A stretch of DNA of 64,000 bases from an uncultured Candidatus Saccharibacteria bacterium (GCA_964350985.1 CAYGLK010000002.1:229406-293405); one strand, 5' to 3'. Counted from the stretch's first letter, positions 18,834 to 28,087 are shown. Notes: generated by a model from the letters alone, not told the origin. Program-made: numbers and translations.

Positions 18834-20648
18834 CTATACATTGCCACCTTCTCCGACTTCAGTAAGTTTATATTTTTTCTTACGTTCGATAATTTCAGAA
18901 GTGATGAAGTCTTCATTTTCAAGCTCAATCAGTGCACTGGCAACGTTTCTTGCACCGATGTCCTCTTCCTCTTTGATAGCTTCAATCAGCTCTTCTCGAT
19001 ACAGAGATTCATTAGCTAGTAACTCAAGTGCAAATTCTTTCGCACGTAGTTTCTTAATTGTTGTACTAGGTGCATTGCCACCATATAACAACTGTATTTG
19101 TGGATGTTCATCAGCATTCTCAATCAACACTACTTGTGCAGGTTCAGCACTCTTACCTCTACGTGACTTAGCGTGTCTGATAGTGATATTCACCGGGCCT
19201 TCTGCGCTTGTTTTCTCTACAACAACTAGTGAATCTAGGCGTCCAAGAATTGCTGATGAACCACGAAGGCTCTGAGCTTGTCCACCAAGACCCCCTTTTC
19301 TATTGTGGTGAATAAAGGCCACCGACACGCTAATCTCATTAAATTTCTGCATAGCTGTCATCACGACCTGCATTTCCTCAGCATTGTTTTCTACTTTGTT
19401 GTGTAATGCAGCGAATGGGTCAAAGATTATTAATCCAATCTCATGCTTTTCACACAATTTAATTAAGCGGCTCACGCTCTCTGGCTTGTCTAGCTTAAAC
19501 TCTCTCTGGCAACAAAAGTAAATATCAAGCTCATCAGTATAGCCAAGCAACTCCAGTCTGCGTCGCATCTCCCATTTTCCACTTTCCTCATCTACAATTA
19601 AGACTTTCTTTTTTATACTCTTAAACTCATTGAGAAATTTATCTCCAATCGCTACAGCTCTGGCCATCTCTAACATTAACCAGCTTTTACCACATCCCGG
19701 GTGTCCTGACATTGCAGTAATTCCGTTTTCAGGCACAAGGCCTTCAATCAGAAATTTAGGTCTCTCCGATTCAGGCATTTTTAATAACTCACCTACAGAC
19801 AGTGGAGGTTCGTAATTTTTTGTTAAATCAACAACCCCTTTATCTTTTCTTTGTTGTTTCTGTTTTGCACTAAGCGAGCTATAAATGCTATTTAACTCTG
19901 AGTTGGGGAGAGGTGGATCGCACATAGCATCATTCCAACTTGCTAATGATGTATATACCACTTCACTCCAATCTTTTTCTGGTATATGTGCTAGTAGTTT
20001 ACCCGCTAGCCGTACTGCCGTGTTGTGGCGGTTACCTTCACTTACTGGCTCGGACAAGACTCCGTCCCATTCTTCTTTTTCAAGTTTAGTACTTGTAAGT
20101 GTTTCGATTAGCCACTCAGGTGCAGTCTGTAAGTCACTTGTGCCCAGTGGCTTTATCCATTCATATTCTTTTCCAGTGTCAGGATGTATTGAAGGTGGTG
20201 CAACGATGTACTGTCTATTTCCCTTAACATCACCCTCAATCCCGTGCTTCTTTAGACTTGTAGATGTGAATTCCCAACTGTCCTCACCTATGCCTGAAAA
20301 GTAATAATGGATGCCGTCCCGACCGCTCTTTGAACGAACGCAATTTGTTGGTAGGTCTAGCTTTGATAAATCTTGCTCTGCTTCTAAATCTAGTACAAAC
20401 ATATTTTCAAAGTAACCAGTTCTCAGACCAACGCCTGTGATACTTTTACCAAACTGTTCAAACCATCTTTTTACGTCGGAATGATTGGGTTCATACTCTT
20501 CTTCACTCCACCCTTTGACTAAAGGTCGCTTTCCATTAAGTGGTATTATAACCTTGTCTTGCTCAATGTATTCAAGCATTGCCTCCTCTATTTTTTGCTG
20601 ATTACTAGTATGTGACTTCATCGGAGTCTTGCTTACGTTTGGTATCAA
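18834..20648 (-). CDS. bifunctional primase-polymerase (PrimPol) N-domain fused to a RepA/DnaB-like AAA_25 ATPase
   Basis: N-terminal 'IPLNGKRPLVKGW' Prim-Pol motif. Walker A 'MSGHPGCGKS' and Walker B 'VLIVDE'. A winged-helix tail follows. Confidence 0.7.
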   Translation of the reverse strand: MIPNVSKTPMKSHTSNQQKIEEAMLEYIEQDKVIIPLNGKRPLVKGWSEEEYEPNHSDVKRWFEQFGKSITGVGLRTGYFENMFVLDLEAEQDLSKLDLPTNCVRSKSGRDGIHYYFSGIGEDSWEFTSTSLKKHGIEGDVKGNRQYIVAPPSIHPDTGKEYEWIKPLGTSDLQTAPEWLIETLTSTKLEKEEWDGVLSEPVSEGNRHNTAVRLAGKLLAHIPEKDWSEVVYTSLASWNDAMCDPPLPNSELNSIYSSLSAKQKQQRKDKGVVDLTKNYEPPLSVGELLKMPESERPKFLIEGLVPENGITAMSGHPGCGKSWLMLEMARAVAIGDKFLNEFKSIKKKVLIVDEESGKWEMRRRLELLGYTDELDIYFCCQREFKLDKPESVSRLIKLCEKHEIGLIIFDPFAALHNKVENNAEEMQVVMTAMQKFNEISVSVAFIHHNRKGGLGGQAQSLRGSSAILGRLDSLVVVEKTSAEGPVNITIRHAKSRRGKSAEPAQVVLIENADEHPQIQLLYGGNAPSTTIKKLRAKEFALELLANESLYREELIEAIKEEEDIGARNVASALIELENEDFITSEIIERKKKYKLTEVGEGGNV

Positions 20649-21024
20649 CTTTTTCCTTTGTTAATGGAGGTTTGTATCCCTCATCATTAGCTTGTTTCAC
20701 AAAGTGTGAGATAAGTTTATGAACGTCAATGTGAAATATACTCATACCGTTTCTGTTTTGCTCTGGCTGGTAGTCTGCTTCGTTGAAGGTCCAGAACGAT
20801 GCAATTGGCGTGTTCCTACCGACTGGAAATGAGTAATTGATCGTGTAACCAAAAATGTCTCTAAAGCTTCGGTTGTGCGATGCATCTTTGGTTGGGTAGT
20901 AGAATCCGTCCGTCTGGTAGTTGTGGTCAACACGTGTGACAAATTGTTTGATAAGTTGTTCCTCAGTTAGCTCTGTTTGTTGCAGTGCAGTGTATTCTTC
21001 AGTTGTAATTTTGCTTGGATTCAT
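20605..21024 (-). CDS. hypothetical protein
   Basis: Probable start 'MNPSKITTEEY' at 21024. No known domain. Confidence 0.4.
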   Translation of the reverse strand: MNPSKITTEEYTALQQTELTEEQLIKQFVTRVDHNYQTDGFYYPTKDASHNRSFRDIFGYTINYSFPVGRNTPIASFWTFNEADYQPEQNRNGMSIFHIDVHKLISHFVKQANDEGYKPPLTKEKVDTKRKQDSDEVTY

Positions 21025-21275
21025 ATTCTTCTTATTATTGATTAAGCATGAGTATGTCGAAGAGTGCCTCGTAGGCACATTCCAGCTCTTTTGTTTCGAT
21101 GCTGTTTAATTCCTTAGTACTCATGCGAGTAGTCTAATAAACACAGCATTTTTTACTTTTTTTAAAATTTTGCTCCTTTTTTACAAGTGGATACACTCAA
21201 AAGAACCTTGTTTTTACAAGTTTTTTTGAAGATGTTATTAAAAATATTTAATTGGAGTGTAAAACTTTACTCTTC

Positions 21276-22010
21276 TTAATTCAGCTCCACTAATACAAAA
21301 CCTTTTTTCGTATTACCATTTATCTCAACTGGCACACCTTTCCTTTTTAAGTATGCTCGAGAATCTTTTACTATCTTAATGAGTGCATCTTGGTTCTTAG
21401 TTAAACCTAATTTAGATACTAGTTCGTTATGGCTCACTCGCAGTACTTTAGTAAGTTTATTTTTCTTACAACGTGTTGGCCATAAAATTTTGAACATTTG
21501 TTGTTTCTTTTTTCCTGAGACCGTGTAAAAGTTGGTACCACCCCAAACGAACTTATTTTCATACTTACTATAGTGCAGTGAATCTACTGAACTCTTTTTT
21601 TGCCTTCCAGTAAGAACAGATACCAACAGTTGATATTCGATTGCAGTATCTGTCATTAAGTTTGTCAGGGTGCTACTTTCTGAATTTAAAAGCTCGTCGT
21701 CATGTTCGATGAACTTAGCTATGCCGCTCGTTGTAACGAAGTTATTTTCCAGAAACTCACGTAATAGTGAGAAGTTTGATTCAAATGAATTAAATTGCTC
21801 CTTCAACTGTTCCTCCAAAAAAACAAAAGAAGGTCTACTCAATAGTTGTATATATTGATCCAACACATTTAGTCGTTTTGCTGAAAAACGTCCAGTGCTT
21901 TCAATTTCATAAAACCATTCGTCAATAAATATTTCTGGTAGAGCAAGAAAAAATGCTTCTCTTCTGTCTCTATCATCCAGTAAAGGCATTGTTAGTGGTG
22001 AAATATTCAT
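21276..22010 (-). CDS. hypothetical protein (possible wHTH regulator or replication accessory)
   Basis: 244 aa with a basic C-terminal tail 'LTKVLRVSHNELVSKLGLTKNQ' resembling an HTH. Confidence 0.4.
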   Translation of the reverse strand: MNISPLTMPLLDDRDRREAFFLALPEIFIDEWFYEIESTGRFSAKRLNVLDQYIQLLSRPSFVFLEEQLKEQFNSFESNFSLLREFLENNFVTTSGIAKFIEHDDELLNSESSTLTNLMTDTAIEYQLLVSVLTGRQKKSSVDSLHYSKYENKFVWGGTNFYTVSGKKKQQMFKILWPTRCKKNKLTKVLRVSHNELVSKLGLTKNQDALIKIVKDSRAYLKRKGVPVEINGNTKKGFVLVELN

Positions 22011-22155
22011 TTTTAAATACTATTTTGAATCAAAGCAAAATGCAACACTATATAGGTGTTGCACATTGCAAAGGTGACTAATGGTAATTACCTAATACAT
22101 CACCAATCCAGTGTCTCTCGTAGGACTCTAGGGTTCATCGTGGGTACTCTATTGG

Positions 22156-22656
22156 CTAAATAGACACACATTTCCTTGATTCATCATATCCATCACTAGA
22201 CATGACAATTCCCCTACTTACTCCCTCACCAAGTAAAGTAGTAGTTGTAATATCTGGCCAGTCAGAAAACTCTACTGCAACAGCATCAACTGAAAGTGTC
22301 AGACCTGTATAGTCCAACTTGTTTGTTGCATAAGTAGCAATATCACCAGCACCTTCAAGACCTGTACCTTGCAAGTCACCACTGATGAAATAAACACTTG
22401 AGAAATCGTTTGATTTAACAGCTTTTACATTCCGTATAGACCCACCTCCATTTATATTCAAACCACTGTTAAGTCTTTCTACGAGTGTGTCTGGTACCTC
22501 AAGACATCGTGAGGTAACAGTGCTAGTGCTCCCTACTCCTGCTGGCTCCGCATCTGATGCTGTATCTATTACAACCGCAACTATTATTACAAATACAATC
22601 AGTACTAACCACGTCACTGGTGAAGTTTTCTTCTTTTCAACTTTATCTTGCTCCAT
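22156..22656 (-). CDS. membrane-anchored hypothetical protein
   Basis: N-terminal TM 'WLVLIVFVIIVAVVI' followed by a Gly/Thr-rich extracellular domain. Confidence 0.45.
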   Translation of the reverse strand: MEQDKVEKKKTSPVTWLVLIVFVIIVAVVIDTASDAEPAGVGSTSTVTSRCLEVPDTLVERLNSGLNINGGGSIRNVKAVKSNDFSSVYFISGDLQGTGLEGAGDIATYATNKLDYTGLTLSVDAVAVEFSDWPDITTTTLLGEGVSRGIVMSSDGYDESRKCVSI

Positions 22657-22906
22657 AAATTTTGGTATTACCTAGTAAACCCCAGAGCAGAACATACAAA
22701 AAGCCCACTACCAGGTGGACCGAAGTCCTACTAAGGTTTCCCCTAATAACGTTGAAGACGCAACCTGATAATGGGTTGTTTGTCTTCAACGATTTTCGAC
22801 CATACCTCTGTCTCACGACAAAGGGTTAGGTCATTGATATTCAGTTGTCATCCAATAGTATTTCTTTTGATCGTTAATGTAAACCTTGCCGTTAACTAGA
22901 TTGTGG

Positions 22907-22948
22907 AAAAGGATCATTTTTAAGATAAATGTATATTAAAATGATCCT
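22907..22948 (+). promoter_or_regulatory. palindromic operator-like inverted repeat (AAGGATCATTTT-16 nt-AAAATGATCCT) overlapping a -10-like TATATT just upstream of the HTH-methyltransferase start
   Basis: Perfect 11-bp inverted-repeat arms. Each arm contains GGATC. Confidence 0.5.
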
Positions 22949-23944
22949 ATGATAAGTTCAGCTTTAATCACTGTGGAAGAGGCTGCTGATTTGCTCAAAG
23001 TAAACACGATAACAGTGTACAGGAATATTAAAAACGGCACATTAAAAGCTAAGAAAAATGGCAAGACCTACTCTATTGTTCTAGAAGATTTAGTTAATTT
23101 TATTAACGTTAAAAATATGAAATCTTCTCAAACTACTTCAAGGAAAGCAAAACCATTCTTAAAGTGGGCGGGTGGAAAAAGACAACAGGTTGATCTTCTG
23201 TCAGAGCAGATACCAGTTGTAATAAATGGAACTTACCACGAACCATTCCTAGGAGGTGGTGCGTTGTTTTTCCATTTGCAACCACAAAAGGCGAAACTAT
23301 CTGATTCAAACTCAGAGTTGATTAATGCTTACACAGTAGTGAGGGATAGTGTGGATGACCTGATTGATTCACTATCTATACATAAGAATAATGAAGACTA
23401 CTATTACGAAACCAGAAGTATAAACCCTCTTGATCTAGACCCTATCAAGCGTGCAAGTAGAACAATTTACTTAAATAAAACCTGCTTCAATGGCCTCTAT
23501 AGGGTAAACAAGAAAGGTATTTTTAACGTACCTTTTGGAAAGAAGAAGGGAGAATTTACATACGATACTGCCAACTTGAGACTAGCAAGCGAAGCTCTTA
23601 AAAATGTTGAATTGACTGTTAGTGATTATAAAGAATCCCTAAAGGGTATAAAAAAACAGGATGTTGTTTACATAGACCCCCCGTATTATCCAGTAGGTGG
23701 CTTTGCCGACTTTCAAAGATATACAAAAGAGTGCTTCTCAGAACATGATCACGATCAGTTGTTTAATCTTTTTAAAAAGATTTCTGACAGAGGGGTGACA
23801 ATAATCCAATCTAATTCGAATTCAAAATACATACTTGATAAATACTCAGAATTTCACATGGATATTATTGATGCCAAACGATTAATTAGTAGCAACTCTG
23901 CAACCAGAAATAGTAAGGATGTAATTATTTACAGAAAAAAATAG
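22949..23944 (+). CDS. N6-adenine DNA methyltransferase (Dam/D12 class) with N-terminal excisionase/MerR-type HTH
   Basis: 'FLKWAGGKRQQVDLL', 'EPFLGGGALFF' and 'VYIDPPY' are Dam motifs. The first ~50 aa, 'VEEAADLLKVNTITVYRNIKNGTLKA', form an HTH. Confidence 0.8.
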   Translation: MISSALITVEEAADLLKVNTITVYRNIKNGTLKAKKNGKTYSIVLEDLVNFINVKNMKSSQTTSRKAKPFLKWAGGKRQQVDLLSEQIPVVINGTYHEPFLGGGALFFHLQPQKAKLSDSNSELINAYTVVRDSVDDLIDSLSIHKNNEDYYYETRSINPLDLDPIKRASRTIYLNKTCFNGLYRVNKKGIFNVPFGKKKGEFTYDTANLRLASEALKNVELTVSDYKESLKGIKKQDVVYIDPPYYPVGGFADFQRYTKECFSEHDHDQLFNLFKKISDRGVTIIQSNSNSKYILDKYSEFHMDIIDAKRLISSNSATRNSKDVIIYRKK

Positions 23945-23945
23945 T

Positions 23946-24989
23946 ATGACTCCAGATACACAAAAGCAGTTAAAAAAATATCCAGGCACCCGTTTTATGG
24001 GTAGTAAATATAAAGTACTACCAGAAATAGAGAAAGTATTAGCTGACTTGGAATTTGATACAGTACTCGATGCTTTTTCTGGAAGTGGTTGTGTCTCATA
24101 TCTGTTCAAAACGATGGGAAAAGAGGTTCATAGCAATGACTTTATGAAGTACTCGCACAGCACATCTAAGTCTCTCATTGAAAATAGCGATTTTCTCTTA
24201 AAAAAAAGTGACATTGAGTATATTACTGCTATAAACAGCAAGAGTAATTTCATTTCAAAGAAGTTTAAAGACTTATATTTTAGTGACGAAGATAATAAAT
24301 TTCTAGATTCTGCTTTTAGTAATATACACAGCATTAGAAACCCTTATAAAAAATCAATGGCTTTAGCTTCAATCTCAAGAGCTATGATTAAACGTAGACC
24401 AAGAGGTGTGTTTACATACGTAGGTAATAAATTTGATGACGGTAGAAAGGATTTAAATCAAAGTCTTGAACAACACTTCATCGATAATGTCGCTATTTTT
24501 AATAACGCAGTTTTTGATAATGGCAAAGAAAATTACTCATATCATGGAGATATTTTCAGTCTTGAATTAGAAAAACAAATGGACCTTGTTTACATGGATC
24601 CTCCATATCTATCAAAAAGTTCTGATAATGATTATGTGCGTCGATATCATTTTGTAGAAGGTTTTGTTGATGGGTGGAAAAATGTTGAAATTGACGAAGC
24701 TACAAAAACAAAAAAGTTTCCTTCGTACAAATCCAGATTTGGTTCAAAAAAGACAATAGACTTAGCTTTCTTTGACATCTTTAAAAAGTTTGAGAAAAGT
24801 AATATCTTGTTATCCTATTCATCAAATTCAATACCAGACAAAGATACTTTGATCGAGATGCTGGCAAAAACTCACAAAACAGTTAATGTATATGAGATAG
24901 ACCATGTCTACTCTTTTGGTACTCATAGTCACAAGAAAAATAACACCACAAACAGAGTCAAAGAATACTTCTTCTTAGCAAAACCTTAA
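23946..24989 (+). CDS. second N6-adenine DNA methyltransferase (D12-class-like)
   Basis: 'FMGSKYKVLPEI', motif I 'DAFSGSGCV' and motif IV 'VYMDPPY'. Confidence 0.7.
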   Translation: MTPDTQKQLKKYPGTRFMGSKYKVLPEIEKVLADLEFDTVLDAFSGSGCVSYLFKTMGKEVHSNDFMKYSHSTSKSLIENSDFLLKKSDIEYITAINSKSNFISKKFKDLYFSDEDNKFLDSAFSNIHSIRNPYKKSMALASISRAMIKRRPRGVFTYVGNKFDDGRKDLNQSLEQHFIDNVAIFNNAVFDNGKENYSYHGDIFSLELEKQMDLVYMDPPYLSKSSDNDYVRRYHFVEGFVDGWKNVEIDEATKTKKFPSYKSRFGSKKTIDLAFFDIFKKFEKSNILLSYSSNSIPDKDTLIEMLAKTHKTVNVYEIDHVYSFGTHSHKKNNTTNRVKEYFFLAKP

Positions 24990-24991
24990 AT

Positions 24992-26713
24992 ATGTCAAAA
25001 GTCTGGAATATTGGAAATACAACAGTTAGAAATCCTAAAAGGATTGAAATGGGTCTGAGAGTCATGAACGAGCAGAACCTTTTTGGTTGTATGGAGGGAG
25101 CTGAAAATGAAGAAGCGTTAACAAAGGCATTAGTAGATTCTGGAGTTGTAGATTCTAAATCTGAGGGTAAAAGTGCAGCATGGTTAGGTAGAAAATGGAG
25201 GAGTGTAATGGTCAAACTTGGCTTCTTAACTAGCAATAAATATAGGATTCAAGGAAAGACATTTAAAGTAGAAGATCTGGAGGGTTACACTAGTTTTTCA
25301 AAATCTCCATATGTATTGACGCCAGCAGGTCAACGCATGGTTAGCTCTACTACACAGGGTGAGGTTAGTGACGTATTTCTTAAGCAAATGATTAAGCATG
25401 CAGTTCCTAACCCTTCAGAAACAGCTAGGGATTTTGACTCGCACATAAAACCGTTCATACTTTTCTTATCTGTATTGAGATCGATTCAAAATGAAGGTAA
25501 GGGTCTAAACCAAAAGGAGATTGCTATTTTTATACAAAAGATTCAGCCTCACAAAGAAGGTTTGTCAGAAGTAATAGTGAAAGAAATTTTAGATTATCGA
25601 GAGAAAAGAGATGCACTTGATTCCAAAAGAACTAAGAGAGAATTTGACCAAAGTTTACTAGAAAAAAATGCAGAAGAAATGTCTATTAAGTCTACTACTC
25701 CATTAGACTATGCTGACACTACAATCAGGTACTTCTCGATGACAGGTCTGTTCGAAATGATTGGAAGCAGAGTAAATATTAAAGAAGAAAAGAAAGATTT
25801 GGTTGATGATATATTGGAATCAACTAGCATTGAAAATATATTAACCGGTGTTGATTACCTAAATGCTTTTTACGGAAATATACCTGTTGTTAAAAATGAG
25901 GAAGTTTCTGCCAGAAAAGAGTACTCCAGTCTTCTTAGAAAAGCCAAAGCATTTGATTTAAAGTTACCTACTATTGAAGTTGATCCAACTTTGGAGGAAC
26001 TAAAGACCGTAACTTTTAATCTGGAAGAACAAATACTATTAGCGGTTGAAGATAAATTTGCCTTAGAACAGCAAACAGATATTGAGATAGAAAAAATTAA
26101 ATACCATATATCAAAAATAGCTAATAAAGACAGGGATTACTTTAGATCAATCGTAGATATGCCAGCAAACTTGGAGTGGGTGGTATGGAGAGGGTTTCTT
26201 TCGATTGACCACATTACTTGTCCCATTCAGGAAACAAGAGGATTTCCTGTAGATGCAGATCTTAAACCTCGATATCCAGCACCTGGAGGAAGAGCAGATA
26301 TGCTCTTTGAATTTGAAGATCATTATCTTGTAGTTGAGGTTACCTTGACTACATCAACGAGACAATATATTGCTGAGTGTGAACCAGTTAGGAGACATGT
26401 TGCTGAAGAGAGAGGAGGTAAGCCAGTATATGGACTATTTATTGCTCCTAGTTTGGATAATAATTTCCTACACGGGTTAAGAGAGTACTATAAAGGTGAC
26501 GATCTAGTTCAACTGAAAATTCTTCCTTTGACCCTAAACGATTTTGAAACCATTATTGATCTTCATAAGACCAGTAAACTGAATCCTTCAGATATTAAAG
26601 AGTTAGTATTAAAGGGGTCTGATGAGAAAATTACAAATGCTATTGAATGGAGGCAACACATTCAGGATACACTTGCTGGTTGGGTATCTGAAAGAACAAA
26701 AGAAGTTGTATAA
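24992..26713 (+). CDS. putative Type IIS restriction endonuclease, AlwI/BstNBI/PleI family
   Basis: 573 aa lying directly after two m6A methyltransferases. Blocks 'TTIRYFSMTGLF', 'LEWVVWRGF', 'GGRADMLFEFEDHYLVVEVTLTTS', 'EPVRRHV' and 'LFIAPS' match recalled conserved blocks of the AlwI family. This rests on memory, not a search. Confidence 0.55.
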   Translation: MSKVWNIGNTTVRNPKRIEMGLRVMNEQNLFGCMEGAENEEALTKALVDSGVVDSKSEGKSAAWLGRKWRSVMVKLGFLTSNKYRIQGKTFKVEDLEGYTSFSKSPYVLTPAGQRMVSSTTQGEVSDVFLKQMIKHAVPNPSETARDFDSHIKPFILFLSVLRSIQNEGKGLNQKEIAIFIQKIQPHKEGLSEVIVKEILDYREKRDALDSKRTKREFDQSLLEKNAEEMSIKSTTPLDYADTTIRYFSMTGLFEMIGSRVNIKEEKKDLVDDILESTSIENILTGVDYLNAFYGNIPVVKNEEVSARKEYSSLLRKAKAFDLKLPTIEVDPTLEELKTVTFNLEEQILLAVEDKFALEQQTDIEIEKIKYHISKIANKDRDYFRSIVDMPANLEWVVWRGFLSIDHITCPIQETRGFPVDADLKPRYPAPGGRADMLFEFEDHYLVVEVTLTTSTRQYIAECEPVRRHVAEERGGKPVYGLFIAPSLDNNFLHGLREYYKGDDLVQLKILPLTLNDFETIIDLHKTSKLNPSDIKELVLKGSDEKITNAIEWRQHIQDTLAGWVSERTKEVV

Positions 26714-26745
26714 GTTTGTGGGACTCTTCTTATGGATGAGTTTCC
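26700..26745. repeat. attR-like junction (element arm AAGTTTGTGGGACTCTTCTTAT / comM side GGATGAG)
   Basis: The comM frame resumes at ATG 26732 ('MDEFPEF'). TTTGTGGGAC is the inverse of GTCCCACAAA at the left junction. Confidence 0.6.
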
Positions 26746-27328
26746 TGAATTTGACAGACGCTCTCTTGATGCCCTACGTCAACCACTGGAGGACAGGATG
26801 GTAAGTATTTCTCGCATTCAAGGTACCGCACTTTTCCCAGCTGATTTTATTTTAGTAGCAGCTATGAATCCTTATCGTGGGCAAGAAGATGGTACGACCA
26901 ATCTCGCTCGGGCTATGCAAGAAACTTACAAAGGAAAAATATCAGGACCGATTTTAGACAGAATTGATTTGTGGATTGAGGTACCTCATGTTGATTATGA
27001 AACTCTCACAAACCTCAACCGAAAAAGTGACGAGACGAGGTATGCTCGTGACCAGATTAAAAAAGCCCGCAGCTTACAAGAAGAGAGACTCCGAGATAGA
27101 GGAGTTGTTACTAATGCCGAGATGACTAGTCGCGACATCGACTACTGCATTAAACTGAGTCCGGAAGTATCTGAGCTACTAAAAATGTCGTCAGAAAAAT
27201 TAAACCTCTCTCCCCGCAGTTACCATAGACTAATTAAAGTCGCCCGCACTATTGCTGACCTAGATGACCAGGAAGAGATCGAAACAAAACATGTACTTGA
27301 GGCCCTTCAGTATAGAATAACAATATAA
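26732..27328 (+). pseudogene. comM: comM/yifB C-terminal part (Mg-chelatase ChlI C-terminal domain)
   Basis: 'DEFPEFDRRSLDALRQPLED...VAAMNP' continues the ComM sequence exactly where the N-fragment stops. Confidence 0.85.
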
Positions 27329-27334
27329 TGAAAT

Positions 27335-28087
27335 ATGAAAAAAATACTTTACTTACTGATTATTATTTTAGGTATAGTGACAACAGTTACCTATCTAAAT
27401 ATATCTAAGAACGAAAAGCTTAATGAGCTCAAATTTTCAAACACCCAAGAGTGGGACCAATTTTATCTTCAAGCTCTAACAAAGCCTGTATTGTTGGTGT
27501 CGGATGCATTGGAGGTAATAAAATTAGATAAATCTCCACTAAACACTTCGCAAAAAACAATTGAGGAATTGGATTACTTACATCTTCTTGTTGCAGAAAG
27601 AACTGAAAGTAAAGAAGAAGAAATAAAAGCAGAACAAGAATTAACTACTACTATTTATAATGGTTTAACTTTCGAAGAAATTATTAAAGACAAACCTCGT
27701 ACTGAAAAACTTCTCAACTCTTCTCTCTCTGAAATTCTAACTGTAATACTTCATTTCAAAAATCAATTTGATAGAGTTAGGCCTAATATTTTAGACACCA
27801 GCCTGACAACTTCTATATCAGTACCTGGACACCCGGCATATCCAAGTGGCCACGCTACGCAGTCTTACCTAATCTACTTAATCTTATCTGACTTAGATCC
27901 TAAAAATCAAGAATCCTACAAGGAAGATGCTTATCGAATTGCTCACAATCGTGAGATTGGTGGCCTGCATTATCCAACTGATTCAGAAGCTGGCAGAGAT
28001 TTGGCAACGCAGTACTTTAATCTATTAAGGAAATCGACCTGGTACGAATTAAATATTAGTTTAGCCAGAAGTGAATGGGAAAAGTAA
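27335..28087 (+). CDS. PAP2-superfamily phosphatase, secreted or membrane-anchored
   Basis: Signal/TM N-terminus and 'PGHPAYPSGHATQ' PAP2 signature. Confidence 0.7.
   Translation: MKKILYLLIIILGIVTTVTYLNISKNEKLNELKFSNTQEWDQFYLQALTKPVLLVSDALEVIKLDKSPLNTSQKTIEELDYLHLLVAERTESKEEEIKAEQELTTTIYNGLTFEEIIKDKPRTEKLLNSSLSEILTVILHFKNQFDRVRPNILDTSLTTSISVPGHPAYPSGHATQSYLIYLILSDLDPKNQESYKEDAYRIAHNREIGGLHYPTDSEAGRDLATQYFNLLRKSTWYELNISLARSEWEK

Larger units (their letters stand above)
13638..26731. mobile_element. ~13.1-kb integrative element with serine recombinase, PrimPol-RepA replication protein, R-M system and unknown cargo, inserted in comM
   Basis: Split comM halves on either side, junction inverted repeats, and a recombinase plus replication plus R-M gene set inside. 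Confidence 0.8.

Noticed and set aside
18841-19275. 144-aa + strand ORF inside the PrimPol-RepA gene, plus similar ORFs at 19885..20304 and 37112..37582
   Set aside because: These are antisense shadows within confidently called genes.
13621-26745. Transposon-style model (TSD + terminal IRs) for the comM insertion
   Set aside because: The order of the short shared core relative to the inverted arms is the same on both sides (core then arm). A transposon model would have the order mirrored. There is no transposase, and a large serine recombinase is present. A site-specific attL/attR model fits better.
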